Origin: Escherichia coli
GTDB taxonomy: Bacteria > Pseudomonadota > Gammaproteobacteria > Enterobacterales > Enterobacteriaceae
NCBI RefSeq assembly: GCF_030013595.1
Contig: NZ_CP122768.1
Length of the DNA stretch: 64,000 nt
Direction: 5' to 3' (one strand)
The position numbers and the translations under genes are program-made. Of the stretch, positions 1 to 12,763 are shown piece after piece. Below the pieces are notes generated by a model, which was not told the DNA's origin, made no database searches, and saw only the letters and a list, made by a program, of their open reading frames with translations. Positions within the stretch are counted from its first letter, which is position 1; the number at the start of each line of letters is the position of its first letter.

Positions 1-25
1 GTATACAAACTGTTTTAATCCGTAA
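1..25 (+). CDS. tdcC: C-terminal fragment of threonine/serine transporter TdcC (last 7 codons plus stop)
   Basis: Frame ends YTNCFNP* with the stop at 23-25, immediately upstream of tdcD as in the tdc operon. The identification relies on operon context and is weak. Confidence 0.35.
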
Positions 26-43
26 CTCAGGATGAGAAAAGAG

Positions 44-1252
44 ATGAATGAATTTCCGGTTGTTTTGGTTATTAACTGTGGTTCGTCTTCGATTAAGTTT
101 TCCGTACTCGATGCCAGCGACTGTGAAGTATTAATGTCAGGTATTGCCGACGGTATTAACTCGGAAAATGCATTCTTATCCGTAAATGGGGGAGAGCCAG
201 CACCGCTGGCTCACCACAGCTACGAAGGTGCATTGAAGGCAATTGCATTTGAACTGGAAAAACGGAATTTAAATGACAGTGTGGCCTTAATTGGCCACCG
301 CATCGCTCACGGCGGCAGTATTTTTACCGAGTCCGCCATTATTACCGATGAAGTCATTGATAATATCCGTCGCGTTTCTCCACTGGCACCCCTGCATAAT
401 TACGCCAATTTAAGTGGTATTGAATCGGCGCAGCAATTATTTCCGGGCGTAACTCAGGTAGCGGTATTTGATACCAGTTTCCACCAGACGATGGCTCCGG
501 AAGCTTATTTATACGGCCTGCCGTGGAAATATTATGAAGAGTTAGGTGTACGCCGTTATGGTTTCCACGGCACGTCGCACCGCTATGTTTCCCAGCGCGC
601 GCATTCTTTGCTGAATCTGGCGGAAGATGACTCCGGCCTGGTTGTGGCGCATCTTGGCAATGGCGCGTCAATCTGCGCAGTTCGCAACGGTCAGAGTGTT
701 GATACCTCAATGGGAATGACGCCGCTGGAAGGCTTGATGATGGGTACCCGCAGTGGTGATGTCGACTTCGGGGCGATGTCCTGGGTCGCCAGCCAAACCA
801 ACCAGAGCCTGGGTGACCTGGAACGCGTAGTGAATAAAGAGTCGGGATTATTAGGTATTTCCGGTCTTTCTTCGGATTTACGTGTTCTGGAAAAAGCCTG
901 GCATGAAGGTCACGAACGCGCGCAACTGGCAATTAAAACCTTTGTTCACCGAATTGCCCGTCATATTGCCGGACACGCAGCCTCATTACGTCGCCTGGAT
1001 GGAATTATATTCACCGGCGGAATAGGAGAGAATTCAAGTTTAATTCGTCGTCTGGTCATGGAACATTTGGCTGTATTAGGCGTAGAGATTGATACAGAAA
1101 TGAATAATCGCTCTAACTCCTGTGGAGAGCGAATTGTTTCCAGTGAAAATGCGCGTGTCATTTGCGCCGTTATCCCAACCAACGAAGAAAAAATGATTGC
1201 TTTGGATGCCATTCATTTAGGCAAAGTGAACGCGCCCGCAGAATTTGCATAA
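44..1252 (+). CDS. tdcD: Propionate/acetate kinase TdcD
   Basis: The ORF has the acetate-kinase family N-terminus [21 protein letters not shown]. It sits in the tdcD-E-F-G order. The ATG at 44 gives the canonical N-terminus, and the track ORF starts 12 nt earlier. Confidence 0.9.
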   Translation: MNEFPVVLVINCGSSSIKFSVLDASDCEVLMSGIADGINSENAFLSVNGGEPAPLAHHSYEGALKAIAFELEKRNLNDSVALIGHRIAHGGSIFTESAIITDEVIDNIRRVSPLAPLHNYANLSGIESAQQLFPGVTQVAVFDTSFHQTMAPEAYLYGLPWKYYEELGVRRYGFHGTSHRYVSQRAHSLLNLAEDDSGLVVAHLGNGASICAVRNGQSVDTSMGMTPLEGLMMGTRSGDVDFGAMSWVASQTNQSLGDLERVVNKESGLLGISGLSSDLRVLEKAWHEGHERAQLAIKTFVHRIARHIAGHAASLRRLDGIIFTGGIGENSSLIRRLVMEHLAVLGVEIDTEMNNRSNSCGERIVSSENARVICAVIPTNEEKMIALDAIHLGKVNAPAEFA

Positions 1253-1285
1253 TTTAGTTGAAGTATTGTAGAGAGATTATTTTTC

Positions 1286-3580
1286 ATGAAGGTAGATATT
1301 GATACCAGCGATAAGCTGTACGCCGACGCATGGCTTGGCTTTAAAGGTACGGACTGGAAAAACGAAATTAATGTCCGCGATTTTATTCAACATAACTATA
1401 CACCGTATGAAGGCGATGAATCTTTCCTCGCTGAAGCGACGCCAGCCACCACGGAATTGTGGGAAAAGGTGATGGAAGGCATTCGTATTGAAAACGCAAC
1501 CCACGCGCCGGTTGATTTCGATACCAATATTGCTACCACCATTACCGCTCATGATGCGGGATATATTAACCAGCCGCTGGAAAAAATTGTTGGCCTGCAA
1601 ACGGATGCGCCATTAAAGCGTGCGCTGCATCCGTTCGGTGGCATTAATATGATTAAAAGTTCATTCCACGCCTATGGCCGTGAAATGGACAGTGAATTTG
1701 AATATCTGTTTACCGATCTGCGTAAAACCCATAATCAGGGCGTATTTGATGTTTACTCACCGGATATGCTGCGCTGCCGTAAATCTGGCGTACTGACCGG
1801 TTTGCCAGATGGTTATGGCCGTGGGCGCATTATTGGTGACTACCGCCGCGTGGCGCTGTATGGCATTCGTTATCTGGTGCGTGAACGCGAACTGCAATTT
1901 GCCGATCTCCAGTCCCGTCTGGAAAAAGGCGAGGATCTGGAAGCCACTATCCGTCTGCGTGAGGAGCTGGCAGAGCATCGTCATGCGCTGTTGCAGATTC
2001 AGGAAATGGCGGCGAAATATGGCTTTGATATCTCTCGCCCGGCGCAGAATGCGCAGGAAGCGGTGCAGTGGCTCTACTTCGCTTACCTGGCGGCAGTGAA
2101 ATCACAGAACGGCGGCGCGATGTCGCTGGGTCGCACGGCATCGTTCCTCGATATCTACATTGAGCGCGACTTTAAAGCTGGCGTCCTCAATGAGCAGCAG
2201 GCACAGGAACTGATCGATCACTTCATCATGAAGATCCGTATGGTACGCTTCCTGCGTACACCGGAATTTGATTCGCTGTTCTCCGGCGACCCAATCTGGG
2301 CGACGGAAGTGATCGGCGGGATGGGGCTGGACGGTCGTACGCTGGTGACCAAAAACTCCTTCCGCTATTTGCACACCCTGCACACTATGGGGCCGGCACC
2401 GGAACCTAACCTGACCATTCTTTGGTCGGAAGAATTACCGATTGCCTTCAAAAAATATGCCGCGCAGGTGTCGATCGTCACCTCTTCCTTGCAGTATGAA
2501 AACGACGATCTGATGCGTACTGACTTCAACAGCGACGATTACGCGATTGCCTGCTGCGTCAGCCCAATGGTGATTGGTAAGCAGATGCAGTTCTTTGGTG
2601 CGCGCGCTAACCTGGCGAAAACACTGCTGTACGCAATTAACGGCGGGGTGGATGAGAAGCTGAAGATTCAGGTCGGGCCGAAAACAGCACCATTGATGGA
2701 CGACGTGCTGGACTACGACAAAGTGATGGACAGCCTCGATCATTTCATGGACTGGCTGGCAGTGCAGTACATCAGCGCGCTGAATATCATCCACTACATG
2801 CACGACAAGTACAGCTATGAAGCCTCGCTGATGGCGCTGCACGATCGTGATGTTTATCGCACGATGGCGTGCGGCATCGCGGGCCTGTCGGTGGCAACAG
2901 ACTCCCTGTCCGCTATCAAATATGCCCGCGTGAAACCAATCCGTGACGAAAACGGCCTGGCGGTGGATTTCGAAATCGACGGTGAATATCCGCAGTACGG
3001 CAACAACGACGAGCGCGTAGACAGCATTGCCTGCGATCTGGTTGAACGCTTTATGAAGAAAATTAAAGCGCTGCCAACCTATCGCAACGCCGTCCCTACC
3101 CAGTCGATTCTGACTATCACTTCTAACGTGGTGTACGGCCAGAAAACCGGTAACACGCCAGACGGTCGTCGTGCGGGTACACCGTTCGCACCGGGCGCTA
3201 ACCCGATGCACGGTCGTGACCGCAAAGGTGCGGTAGCCTCGCTGACGTCGGTGGCGAAACTGCCGTTCACCTACGCCAAAGACGGGATCTCGTACACCTT
3301 CTCGATCGTGCCTGCGGCGCTGGGCAAAGAAGATCCAGTACGTAAAACCAACCTTGTCGGCCTGCTGGATGGGTATTTCCACCACGAAGCGGATGTCGAA
3401 GGCGGTCAACACCTCAACGTCAACGTAATGAATAGGGAAATGCTGCTGGATGCCATCGAGCACCCGGAAAAATATCCTAACCTGACAATCCGTGTCTCTG
3501 GCTACGCCGTGCGCTTCAACGCACTGACCCGTGAACAGCAACAGGATGTTATTTCACGTACTTTTACCCAGGCGCTCTGA
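1286..3580 (+). CDS. tdcE: 2-ketobutyrate/pyruvate formate-lyase TdcE (glycyl radical enzyme)
   Basis: 764-aa ORF with PFL-family sequence and the C-terminal glycyl-radical motif RVSGYAVRF. Confidence 0.95.
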   Translation: MKVDIDTSDKLYADAWLGFKGTDWKNEINVRDFIQHNYTPYEGDESFLAEATPATTELWEKVMEGIRIENATHAPVDFDTNIATTITAHDAGYINQPLEKIVGLQTDAPLKRALHPFGGINMIKSSFHAYGREMDSEFEYLFTDLRKTHNQGVFDVYSPDMLRCRKSGVLTGLPDGYGRGRIIGDYRRVALYGIRYLVRERELQFADLQSRLEKGEDLEATIRLREELAEHRHALLQIQEMAAKYGFDISRPAQNAQEAVQWLYFAYLAAVKSQNGGAMSLGRTASFLDIYIERDFKAGVLNEQQAQELIDHFIMKIRMVRFLRTPEFDSLFSGDPIWATEVIGGMGLDGRTLVTKNSFRYLHTLHTMGPAPEPNLTILWSEELPIAFKKYAAQVSIVTSSLQYENDDLMRTDFNSDDYAIACCVSPMVIGKQMQFFGARANLAKTLLYAINGGVDEKLKIQVGPKTAPLMDDVLDYDKVMDSLDHFMDWLAVQYISALNIIHYMHDKYSYEASLMALHDRDVYRTMACGIAGLSVATDSLSAIKYARVKPIRDENGLAVDFEIDGEYPQYGNNDERVDSIACDLVERFMKKIKALPTYRNAVPTQSILTITSNVVYGQKTGNTPDGRRAGTPFAPGANPMHGRDRKGAVASLTSVAKLPFTYAKDGISYTFSIVPAALGKEDPVRKTNLVGLLDGYFHHEADVEGGQHLNVNVMNREMLLDAIEHPEKYPNLTIRVSGYAVRFNALTREQQQDVISRTFTQAL

Positions 3581-3593
3581 CGCCGGAGGATGT

Positions 3594-3983
3594 ATGAAAA
3601 AGATTATCGAAACGCAACGTGCCCCAGGCGCAATCGGCCCTTATGTTCAGGGCGTTGATTTAGGCAGCATGGTCTTCACCTCCGGGCAAATTCCGGTTTG
3701 CCCACAGACCGGTGAGATCCCGGCTGATGTGCAAGATCAGGCGCGTTTAAGTCTCGAAAACGTCAAAGCGATCGTGGTTGCTGCCGGGCTGAGCGTGGGC
3801 GATATCATCAAGATGACCGTGTTCATCACCGATCTGAATGATTTTGCCACCATCAACGAAGTCTATAAGCAGTTCTTCGATGAGCATCAGGCGACCTACC
3901 CGACCCGGAGCTGTGTACAGGTCGCGCGTTTGCCGAAAGATGTGAAGCTGGAAATTGAAGCCATCGCAGTACGTAGTGCGTAA
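3594..3983 (+). CDS. tdcF: RidA-family enamine/imine deaminase TdcF
   Basis: 129-aa YjgF/RidA-like sequence MKKIIETQRAPGAIGPYVQG. The ATG at 3594 is preceded by GGAGG. Confidence 0.9.
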   Translation: MKKIIETQRAPGAIGPYVQGVDLGSMVFTSGQIPVCPQTGEIPADVQDQARLSLENVKAIVVAAGLSVGDIIKMTVFITDLNDFATINEVYKQFFDEHQATYPTRSCVQVARLPKDVKLEIEAIAVRSA

Positions 3984-4054
3984 AGCCTCGTGAGCGGGAC
4001 GGTCGCAAGGTCGTTCCGCTCCACTTCACTGAACGGCAATCCGAGGGTATGGAT

Positions 4055-5419
4055 ATGATTAGTGCATTCGATATTTTCAAAATTGGGATTGGTCCCTCCA
4101 GTTCGCATACCGTGGGGCCAATGAATGCCGGAAAAAGTTTTATTGATCGGCTGGAAAGTAGCGGCTTATTAACCGCGACGAGCCATATTGTGGTCGATCT
4201 GTACGGGTCGTTGTCACTGACGGGCAAAGGCCATGCCACGGATGTCGCCATTATCATGGGACTGGCAGGAAACAGTCCGCAGGATGTTGTCATTGATGAG
4301 ATCCCTGCATTTATAGAGTTAGTAACGCGCAGCGGGCGGCTGCCAGTGGCATCTGGTGCGCATATTGTTGATTTTCCTGTAGCAAAGAACATTATCTTCC
4401 ATCCCGAAATGTTGCCTCGCCATGAGAACGGAATGCGGATCACTGCCTGGAAGGGACAGGAAGCGCTATTAAGTAAAACCTATTACTCTGTCGGCGGCGG
4501 GTTTATTGTCGAAGAAGAACACTTCGGCCTGTCGCACGATGTCGAAACGTCCGTACCTTACGATTTCCACTCAGCAGGTGAACTGCTGAAAATGTGTGAT
4601 TACAACGGCCTGTCTATATCTGGTCTGATGATGCACAACGAGCTGGCGCTGCGCAGCAAAGCGGAAATTGACGCCGGTTTTGCCCGTATCTGGCAAGTGA
4701 TGCATGACGGTATTGAACGCGGGATGAACACTGAAGGCGTGCTGCCTGGTCCGCTCAATGTGCCGCGTCGTGCCGTAGCGCTGCGTCGTCAGCTGGTTTC
4801 CAGCGATAACATCTCTAACGATCCGATGAATGTCATCGACTGGATCAATATGTACGCGCTGGCGGTTAGTGAAGAAAACGCAGCTGGCGGGCGCGTGGTG
4901 ACGGCACCGACTAACGGTGCGTGCGGCATTATTCCGGCAGTGCTGGCTTATTACGATAAGTTCCGTCGTCCGGTAAACGAGCGGTCAATTGCCCGCTATT
5001 TTCTGGCAGCGGGGGCTATTGGCGCGCTGTATAAAATGAACGCCTCCATCTCTGGCGCGGAAGTCGGCTGTCAGGGGGAGATTGGCGTGGCCTGTTCAAT
5101 GGCGGCGGCAGGGTTAACTGAACTCCTGGGCGGCAGTCCGGCGCAGGTGTGCAATGCGGCGGAAATCGCGATGGAGCATAACCTTGGGCTGACCTGCGAT
5201 CCGGTTGCCGGACAGGTACAAATCCCGTGCATTGAACGTAATGCCATTAATGCCGTGAAAGCAGTAAATGCCGCACGGATGGCGATGCGCCGCACCTCGG
5301 CACCGCGTGTTTCACTCGATAAAGTGATCGAGACGATGTATGAAACCGGCAAAGATATGAACGATAAATACCGCGAAACATCACGCGGAGGACTGGCCAT
5401 TAAAGTGGTCTGCGGCTGA
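4055..5419 (+). CDS. tdcG: L-serine dehydratase TdcG (Fe-S type)
   Basis: 454 aa starting [23 protein letters not shown], the serine dehydratase alpha/beta fusion family. Confidence 0.9.
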   Translation: MISAFDIFKIGIGPSSSHTVGPMNAGKSFIDRLESSGLLTATSHIVVDLYGSLSLTGKGHATDVAIIMGLAGNSPQDVVIDEIPAFIELVTRSGRLPVASGAHIVDFPVAKNIIFHPEMLPRHENGMRITAWKGQEALLSKTYYSVGGGFIVEEEHFGLSHDVETSVPYDFHSAGELLKMCDYNGLSISGLMMHNELALRSKAEIDAGFARIWQVMHDGIERGMNTEGVLPGPLNVPRRAVALRRQLVSSDNISNDPMNVIDWINMYALAVSEENAAGGRVVTAPTNGACGIIPAVLAYYDKFRRPVNERSIARYFLAAGAIGALYKMNASISGAEVGCQGEIGVACSMAAAGLTELLGGSPAQVCNAAEIAMEHNLGLTCDPVAGQVQIPCIERNAINAVKAVNAARMAMRRTSAPRVSLDKVIETMYETGKDMNDKYRETSRGGLAIKVVCG

Positions 5420-5442
5420 CATTACTGTCAGCTTTCATCCTT

Positions 5443-5469
5443 GGGTGCACAAATGTGCACCTTTTTTTT
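5443..5469 (+). terminator. Rho-independent terminator after tdcG
   Basis: GC hairpin GGGTGCACAAATGTGCACC followed by a T8 run. Confidence 0.6.
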
Positions 5470-5693
5470 GTGATCTGCCGCAAATAGAGAATGAATATTC
5501 TCTTGCAGTTAATTTAGTAGAAAATTCTTATCCATCTCCGTTATTTCAAAGTCTTGATTGTGAAGATTTTCTCTGACCTCGCGCGTATCATTTCTTTATT
5601 CTAATAACTCGCCTGCAAAAACGTAGACTGCATATCGCCTTGATGCGGCTCGGAAAAAAATAATAAGCCCTACAAAATATTGAGCGAGAAATT

Positions 5694-7025
5694 ATGGAAA
5701 TTGCATCGAATAAAGGCGTCATTGCAGACGCTTCGACCCCGGCGGGTCGTGCTGGAATGAGTGAGAGCGAGTGGCGAGAAGCGATCAAATTCGACAGTAC
5801 TGACACCGGCTGGGTGATTATGAGTATCGGGATGGCGATTGGCGCGGGGATTGTTTTTCTCCCGGTGCAGGTCGGTTTGATGGGATTGTGGGTATTTTTG
5901 CTCTCATCGGTGATTGGTTACCCGGCAATGTATCTGTTTCAGCGGTTGTTTATTAATACGCTGGCAGAATCACCAGAATGTAAAGATTACCCGAGCGTCA
6001 TTAGCGGTTATTTAGGTAAAAACTGGGGCATCCTGTTAGGTGCGCTCTATTTCGTAATGCTGGTGATTTGGATGTTCGTCTATTCCACCGCCATCACCAA
6101 CGATAGTGCTTCCTATCTGCATACCTTCGGCGTGACGGAAGGGTTGCTGTCAGACAGTCCCTTTTATGGTCTGGTACTGATTTGCATTCTGGTGGCGATC
6201 TCTTCACGCGGCGAGAAATTGTTATTCAAAATTTCGACCGGCATGGTGCTGACCAAGCTGCTGGTGGTCGCTGCGCTGGGCGTGTCGATGGTGGGAATGT
6301 GGCATCTGTATAACGTCGGTTCGCTACCGCCGCTGGGGCTGCTGGTGAAAAACGCCATTATTACGCTGCCGTTTACCCTGACGTCGATTCTGTTTATCCA
6401 GACGTTAAGCCCGATGGTGATCTCTTATCGCTCGCGGGAAAAATCAATTGAAGTGGCGCGGCATAAAGCATTGCGGGCAATGAATATCGCGTTTGGCATT
6501 TTGTTTGTCACCGTCTTTTTCTACGCCGTGTCGTTCACGCTGGCGATGGGACATGACGAAGCGGTAAAAGCCTACGAGCAGAATATTTCCGCGTTGGCGA
6601 TTGCCGCACAGTTTATTAGCGGTGACGGCGCAGCGTGGGTGAAAGTGGTCAGCGTCATTCTCAATATCTTTGCTGTAATGACTGCATTCTTTGGCGTCTA
6701 TTTAGGCTTTCGCGAAGCAACGCAAGGGATCGTAATGAACATCCTGCGTCGCAAGATACCTGCCGAGAAGATTAACGAAAATCTCGTTCAGCGCGGCATC
6801 ATGATTTTCGCCATTTTGCTGGCCTGGAGCGCCATCGTACTGAACGCCCCGGTGTTGAGCTTCACCTCTATCTGTAGCCCGATTTTCGGCATGGTAGGGT
6901 GCCTGATCCCGGCGTGGCTGGTTTACAAAGTACCGGCATTGCACAAATACAAAGGGATGTCTCTGTACCTGATTATCGTCACTGGTTTGTTGCTTTGTGT
7001 TTCTCCGTTCCTGGCATTTTCTTGA
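5694..7025 (+). CDS. cyuP: Cysteine-inducible transporter CyuP (YhaO), HAAAP/serine-transporter-like family
   Basis: 443-aa polytopic membrane ORF in the conserved position downstream of tdcG and upstream of yhaM. Confidence 0.85.
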   Translation: MEIASNKGVIADASTPAGRAGMSESEWREAIKFDSTDTGWVIMSIGMAIGAGIVFLPVQVGLMGLWVFLLSSVIGYPAMYLFQRLFINTLAESPECKDYPSVISGYLGKNWGILLGALYFVMLVIWMFVYSTAITNDSASYLHTFGVTEGLLSDSPFYGLVLICILVAISSRGEKLLFKISTGMVLTKLLVVAALGVSMVGMWHLYNVGSLPPLGLLVKNAIITLPFTLTSILFIQTLSPMVISYRSREKSIEVARHKALRAMNIAFGILFVTVFFYAVSFTLAMGHDEAVKAYEQNISALAIAAQFISGDGAAWVKVVSVILNIFAVMTAFFGVYLGFREATQGIVMNILRRKIPAEKINENLVQRGIMIFAILLAWSAIVLNAPVLSFTSICSPIFGMVGCLIPAWLVYKVPALHKYKGMSLYLIIVTGLLLCVSPFLAFS

Positions 7026-7052
7026 TTTACCTGAAATTTTAAGGTTTTTAAT

Positions 7053-8363
7053 ATGTTTGATTCGACTTTAAATCCGTTATGGCAGCGTTACATCCTCGCC
7101 GTTCAGGAGGAGGTAAAACCGGCGCTGGGGTGTACTGAACCGATTTCACTGGCGCTGGCAGCGGCGGTTGCTGCGGCTGAACTGGAAGGTCCGGTTGAAC
7201 GTGTAGAAGCCTGGGTTTCGCCAAATCTGATGAAGAACGGTCTGGGCGTCACCGTTCCCGGCACGGGAATGGTGGGGCTGCCGATTGCGGCGGCGCTGGG
7301 AGCGTTAGGTGGAAATGCTAACGCCGGGCTGGAAGTGCTGAAAGATGCAACTGCGCAGGCAATTGCCGATGCCAAAGCACTGCTGGCGGCGGGGAAAGTC
7401 TCAGTTAAGATCCAGGAACCTTGCGATGAAATCCTCTTCTCACGCGCCAAAGTCTGGAACGGTGAGAAGTGGGCGTGTGTCACCATTGTCGGCGGGCATA
7501 CCAACATTGTGCATATTGAGACGCACAATGGTGTGGTGTTTACCCAGCAGGCGTGTGTGACAGAGGGCGAGCAAGAGTCGCCGCTGACGGTGCTTTCCAG
7601 GACGACGCTGGCTGAGATCCTGAAGTTCGTCAATGAAGTCCCGTTTGCGGCGATCCGCTTTATTCTCGATTCTGCGAAGTTAAATTGTGCGTTATCGCAG
7701 GAAGGTTTGAGCGGTAACTGGGGGCTGCATATTGGTGCGACGCTGGAAAAACAGTGCGCGCGCGGTTTGCTGGCGAAAGATCTCTCTTCATCCATTGTGA
7801 TTCGTACCAGCGCGGCATCCGATGCGCGTATGGGCGGCGCTACGCTTCCGGCAATGAGTAACTCCGGCTCGGGTAACCAGGGGATCACTGCAACAATGCC
7901 TGTGGTGGTGGTAGCAGAACACTTCGGGGCCGATGATGAACGGCTGGCGCGAGCGCTGATGCTTTCGCATTTGAGCGCGATTTACATCCATAACCAGTTA
8001 CCGCGTTTGTCTGCGCTTTGTGCCGCAACGACCGCAGCAATGGGGGCCGCCGCCGGGATGGCATGGCTGGTGGATGGGCGTTATGAAACCATCTCGATGG
8101 CGATCAGCAGTATGATCGGCGATGTCAGCGGCATGATTTGCGATGGTGCGTCGAACAGCTGCGCGATGAAGGTTTCGACCAGTGCTTCGGCTGCGTGGAA
8201 AGCGGTGTTAATGGCGCTGGATGATACCGCAGTGACCGGCAATGAAGGGATTGTGGCGCATGATGTTGAGCAGTCGATTGCCAACCTGTGTGCGTTAGCA
8301 AGCCATTCGATGCAGCAAACGGATCGGCAGATTATCGAGATTATGGCGAGCAAGGCCAGATAA
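7053..8363 (+). CDS. cyuA: Cysteine desulfidase CyuA (YhaM, UPF0597)
   Basis: 436-aa ORF located immediately downstream of cyuP, as in the cyuPA operon. Confidence 0.85.
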   Translation: MFDSTLNPLWQRYILAVQEEVKPALGCTEPISLALAAAVAAAELEGPVERVEAWVSPNLMKNGLGVTVPGTGMVGLPIAAALGALGGNANAGLEVLKDATAQAIADAKALLAAGKVSVKIQEPCDEILFSRAKVWNGEKWACVTIVGGHTNIVHIETHNGVVFTQQACVTEGEQESPLTVLSRTTLAEILKFVNEVPFAAIRFILDSAKLNCALSQEGLSGNWGLHIGATLEKQCARGLLAKDLSSSIVIRTSAASDARMGGATLPAMSNSGSGNQGITATMPVVVVAEHFGADDERLARALMLSHLSAIYIHNQLPRLSALCAATTAAMGAAAGMAWLVDGRYETISMAISSMIGDVSGMICDGASNSCAMKVSTSASAAWKAVLMALDDTAVTGNEGIVAHDVEQSIANLCALASHSMQQTDRQIIEIMASKAR

Positions 8364-8444
8364 ACGCCAGGTTTTGGGTAACGTGCCGGATGCGATGCTG
8401 GCTGAACTGCACCCCAAATGTTGGACATAATCTGACATCTGAAG

Positions 8445-8975
8445 GTGCAGTTTATGAAACATTCATTTGAAGTAAAACTTGCCGCTGTAAATCATTACCT
8501 GGCTGGTCATGCAGGCATCATTTCTACGGCAAAACTCTTTCAACTTTCTCACACCAGCCTCTCACACTGGATTAATCTTTTTCTTCTTCACGGTCCTCGT
8601 GCACTGGATTGCAGACACAAGCGTAGCTATTCTCCTGAAGATAAACTTTGCGTGGTTCTTTATGCTCTCGGGCATTCTGAGTCTCTACCCCGGGTAGCTG
8701 CCCGGTTTAACATTCCCAGCCACAACACGGTTAAAAACTGGATAAAAGGCTACCGCAAATCTGGTAATGAGGCCTTTATCAGGCGCAGGAAGGAGAAAAG
8801 CATGACCCGTTCTGATGATACCCATGAAAACGAGGCAAACATGACGCCGGAAGAGATGAAGAATGAGCTGCGTTATCTTCGCGCAGAAAATGCATATCTG
8901 AAAGCCATGCAGGAGCATCTCCTGGAAAAAAAGCGCCAGGAGCTGGAGAAAAAACGAAAGTCATCCGGAGCCTGA
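8445..8975 (+). CDS. IS3-family transposase OrfA (HTH plus leucine zipper)
   Basis: 176-aa ORF with an HTH and a coiled-coil C-terminus. The A-AAA-AAG frameshift motif lies near its 3' end. The likely ATG start is at 8454. Confidence 0.8.
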   Translation: MQFMKHSFEVKLAAVNHYLAGHAGIISTAKLFQLSHTSLSHWINLFLLHGPRALDCRHKRSYSPEDKLCVVLYALGHSESLPRVAARFNIPSHNTVKNWIKGYRKSGNEAFIRRRKEKSMTRSDDTHENEANMTPEEMKNELRYLRAENAYLKAMQEHLLEKKRQELEKKRKSSGA

Positions 8976-9079
8976 GGTGCGGACACTGCCAGTCTGACCT
9001 GTTAAAGGCTGCAGGGCTGGCCAGAAGCACGCTGTACTACCAGCTGTCACTGCAGAAGGCTAAGGACAAGTATGCTGAT

Positions 9080-9835
<756 letters not shown>

Positions 9836-9892
9836 GGCGCGTCTTATCTGGCCTACGAATTGCACAATTTGTTGATGTTGTTGGGTTTTGTA

Positions 9893-9923
<31 letters not shown>

Positions 9924-9931
9924 ACCTGTCT

Positions 9932-10096
9932 TTACGCGGTAGCTTCATCCTCGGCTAAACGCGTTTCAGCATCCGCGACGATGGCTTCCAGCTCGCTCAA
10001 CATCTCTTCATAGCCAAAATTATTGGCGGTGCGAGCAGGTTCTTTCGCCACCACGGGCTTCACTGGCTGACGCTTTTTGGCCGATTTTTTACTCAT
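9932..10096 (-). CDS. yhaL: Small protein YhaL (54 aa)
   Basis: Hand-translated minus-strand ORF MSKKSAKKRQPVKPVVAKEPARTANNFGYEEMLSELEAIVADAETRLAEDEATA with an upstream GGAG. It is too short for the ORF track. Confidence 0.6.
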   Translation of the reverse strand: MSKKSAKKRQPVKPVVAKEPARTANNFGYEEMLSELEAIVADAETRLAEDEATA

Positions 10097-10118
10097 CATC
10101 ATCTCCCTGTAAAAACAA

Positions 10119-10820
10119 CTAGACAGGCAAATCTATCAGCAAAGCGCGCAGTGGGGAATCGGCAACCAGCGTAATGTTAGCCTCGTCACGAATAAACGCC
10201 CCATCACCGCAGGTCAGCGCCGCTTTCTCTTCATGATGCGTAAGCGCATGAAATTTCCCGTGAATCGATTGCAAATACGCGCGTGGTCCATGCAACTGGA
10301 AATTCGCACTTTCGCCTTTGTCGAGCACGATATGGTGCAGCCACACTTGCTGGCGCAGTTGCAGGCTACCCACTGTGCCCTCTGGCGAGGCGATTAATTG
10401 CTGCTTGCCCATATTAAGCGCCAGTTTTTGAATCAGCGGATTCTCTCGCTGCGGGCAGGCATCCAGCCAAAGCTGCATTCGCGTTAACGGTTTGTCTTTG
10501 CTGAGATTGTGTTCACTATAGCTGACACCCGGCTGGGTAGAGAGCAGCAACGCCTCTCCGGCTCTGGCCTGAACATGATTGCCTTCGCTGTCGCGATACT
10601 CTGCTTCTCCATCCAGAATCACATTTAAAATATCGACTTTGGGATAGGTTCGCGGCTGAAAGGCGGCACCTGGGGCCAGCACTTCCTGGTTAAGCACGCG
10701 CAGGGAGGCATAGCCTAACAATTTCGGGTCGAAGTAGTGTCCAAAGGAAAAAGTATACCGGGCCTGCAACCATCCGTAGTCTGCTTGTCCACACTGCCTG
10801 GCAGTTCGGGTAGTAATCAT
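10119..10820 (-). CDS. yhaK: Pirin-like bicupin protein YhaK
   Basis: 233-aa ORF with pirin/cupin-like sequence, located divergent from a LysR-family gene. Confidence 0.85.
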   Translation of the reverse strand: MITTRTARQCGQADYGWLQARYTFSFGHYFDPKLLGYASLRVLNQEVLAPGAAFQPRTYPKVDILNVILDGEAEYRDSEGNHVQARAGEALLLSTQPGVSYSEHNLSKDKPLTRMQLWLDACPQRENPLIQKLALNMGKQQLIASPEGTVGSLQLRQQVWLHHIVLDKGESANFQLHGPRAYLQSIHGKFHALTHHEEKAALTCGDGAFIRDEANITLVADSPLRALLIDLPV

Positions 10821-10924
10821 AATTCTTGACCTCTCTTTACTTCCTTTTATGGTAAGGGGCTGGACGCTACATTGTTAGCCAGATATTCTGCCCGGTATGT
10901 TCAAATTTCCTGAATGAGAACGAA

Positions 10925-11821
10925 ATGGCCAAAGAAAGGGCATTAACGCTGGAAGCACTACGGGTTATGGATGCGATCGATCGCCGGGGCAGTTTTGCGG
11001 CGGCGGCGGATGAGCTGGGACGCGTGCCTTCCGCACTTAGCTACACCATGCAAAAACTGGAAGAAGAGCTGGATGTGGTGCTGTTTGACCGCTCGGGCCA
11101 TCGCACCAAATTCACCAATGTCGGGAGGATGTTGCTGGAGCGAGGGCGCGTTTTGCTGGAAGCCGCAGATAAACTGACTACTGATGCGGAAGCTCTCGCG
11201 CGCGGTTGGGAAACGCATCTCACCATTGTGACCGAAGCGCTGGTACCGACACCTGCCTTTTTCCCGTTAATCGATAAACTGGCGGCAAAAGCCAATACCC
11301 AACTGGCAATTATCACCGAAGTGCTGGCGGGGGCGTGGGAACGGCTGGAGCAGGGGCGGGCGGATATCGTTATCGCGCCGGATATGCATTTTCGTTCCTC
11401 GTCGGAGATCAACTCGCGCAAGCTCTATACGTTAATGAACGTCTACGTTGCCGCGCCTGATCACCCGATTCATCAGGAGCCGGAACCGTTATCTGAAGTG
11501 ACGCGCGTGAAATATCGTGGAATTGCGGTGGCGGATACCGCTCGTGAGCGCCCGGTATTGACCGTACAGCTACTGGACAAACAGCCGCGTTTAACGGTGA
11601 GCACGATTGAAGATAAACGTCAGGCATTACTGGCGGGGCTTGGCGTGGCGACGATGCCGTATCCGATGGTCGAAAAAGATATTGCGGAAGGGCGGTTGCG
11701 TGTCGTCAGCCCGGAATCGACCAGCGAGATCGATATTATTATGGCCTGGCGTCGTGACAGTATGGGGGAAGCGAAATCCTGGTGTCTGCGGGAAATTCCC
11801 AAACTTTTTAGCGGAAAATAA
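10925..11821 (+). CDS. yhaJ: LysR-family transcriptional regulator YhaJ
   Basis: 298-aa ORF with an N-terminal LysR HTH (LEALRVMDAIDRRGSFAAAADELGRVPSALS). Confidence 0.85.
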   Translation: MAKERALTLEALRVMDAIDRRGSFAAAADELGRVPSALSYTMQKLEEELDVVLFDRSGHRTKFTNVGRMLLERGRVLLEAADKLTTDAEALARGWETHLTIVTEALVPTPAFFPLIDKLAAKANTQLAIITEVLAGAWERLEQGRADIVIAPDMHFRSSSEINSRKLYTLMNVYVAAPDHPIHQEPEPLSEVTRVKYRGIAVADTARERPVLTVQLLDKQPRLTVSTIEDKRQALLAGLGVATMPYPMVEKDIAEGRLRVVSPESTSEIDIIMAWRRDSMGEAKSWCLREIPKLFSGK

Positions 11822-11871
11822 TGTTTGTTATTTTTAATAACAAGGGGCGAAATATCGCCCCAATTCTAAGA

Positions 11872-12228
11872 TTAATTTGAACCAAACTTCGGATCGTTTC
11901 CGTAACGATTGCTGCCAGAATTGCCTTCTAAACAGGCAAATACAAACAGAACTAACCAGCCAATGACCGGTACCAGATAGAGAAGCGCCCACGCACCTGA
12001 ACGGTCAGTATCGTGCAGACGACGAACGCACAGAGCAATGACCGGAATGATTGTTGCTGCCAGGTAAATGAGAGAAAGGAATGGAAACTCTAAACCTAAA
12101 ATCAATTGAATGACATTGATAATAGCGCCGACGATGGCGTTAATCAGAGTAAACATCCAGTACTCTTTACGACGTGCGCGACCAGAGAAACCAACATAAT
12201 TTTTTAATACGGCTAAATACCACTGCAT
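11872..12228 (-). CDS. yhaI: DUF805 inner-membrane protein YhaI
   Basis: 118-aa ORF with the DUF805 signature RRLHDTDRSGAWALL. Confidence 0.8.
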   Translation of the reverse strand: MQWYLAVLKNYVGFSGRARRKEYWMFTLINAIVGAIINVIQLILGLEFPFLSLIYLAATIIPVIALCVRRLHDTDRSGAWALLYLVPVIGWLVLFVFACLEGNSGSNRYGNDPKFGSN

Positions 12229-12434
12229 AAAAACATCCCTTTAATTAAAAGTTGCGAAAGTCTATTCCGGGGATGGAGTAAATGCTATTCGTATCTTTCT
12301 TTTTCGGATGTTATAAAGCTTTTGATATTTAAGATAAATATATGGTTATTTTTTATAGGTAATTTATATAACGACATTGAAATATTTTAAATAAACATTA
12401 GTAAATTATTCATTCATCAACATGATGATAAAAG

Positions 12435-12458
12435 CCGGATGAGTCAGACATCCGGCGA
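12435..12458 (-). terminator. Hairpin terminator downstream of yhaH
   Basis: Stem GCCGGATG(N)CATCCGGC followed by a U-rich tract on the minus-strand transcript. Confidence 0.4.
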
Positions 12459-12469
12459 GCAGATTTGTT

Positions 12470-12763
12470 TTAAGGTTCCAGTTTTGGATCTGGTCCAAAG
12501 CGGTTTTCGCCTGGCGTACCCGCCTGGCAGTTAAAGACGATGATAATAAGCCAGCCGATAAACGGGATTAAGAACAGCAGTGCCCACCACGCCGAGCGGT
12601 CGGTGTCGTGCAGGCGGCGGAACTGAACCGCCCACCACGGTAAAAACACCAGAATACCGTAGATTGTTGTCAGGATGCCTTCGCCACCAGCGCGTTGCCA
12701 GCCTAACATTTTATCCAGCAGCCCCAGCACGAACGTAAAGATGATGTTGACCAGAATAAACAT
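12470..12763 (-). CDS. yhaH: DUF805 inner-membrane protein YhaH (N-terminus apparently frameshifted)
   Basis: 97-aa ORF with the signature RRLHDTDRSAWWALL. The expected N-terminal MDWYLKVLKNYVGF is encoded upstream (about 12764-12835) in a different frame. Confidence 0.65.
   Translation of the reverse strand: MFILVNIIFTFVLGLLDKMLGWQRAGGEGILTTIYGILVFLPWWAVQFRRLHDTDRSAWWALLFLIPFIGWLIIIVFNCQAGTPGENRFGPDPKLEP

Noticed and set aside
354-932. 192-aa minus-strand ORF inside tdcD. The same pattern occurs inside tdcE (2435-3541), exuT (18897-19796), uxaC (20693-21583), ebgA (40406-41284, 41426-42637, 42641-43297), ygjK and rpoD
   Set aside because: These are antisense shadow ORFs inside well-supported genes. 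Their translations are Arg/His/Cys-rich and lack any family resemblance.
8881-8941. Possible stop codon within IS orfA when translating the printed sequence by hand
   Set aside because: My manual reading gave a one-nucleotide discrepancy against the provided ORF track. I trust the computed track, as the 176-aa protein is internally consistent, and attribute the difference to my own transcription.
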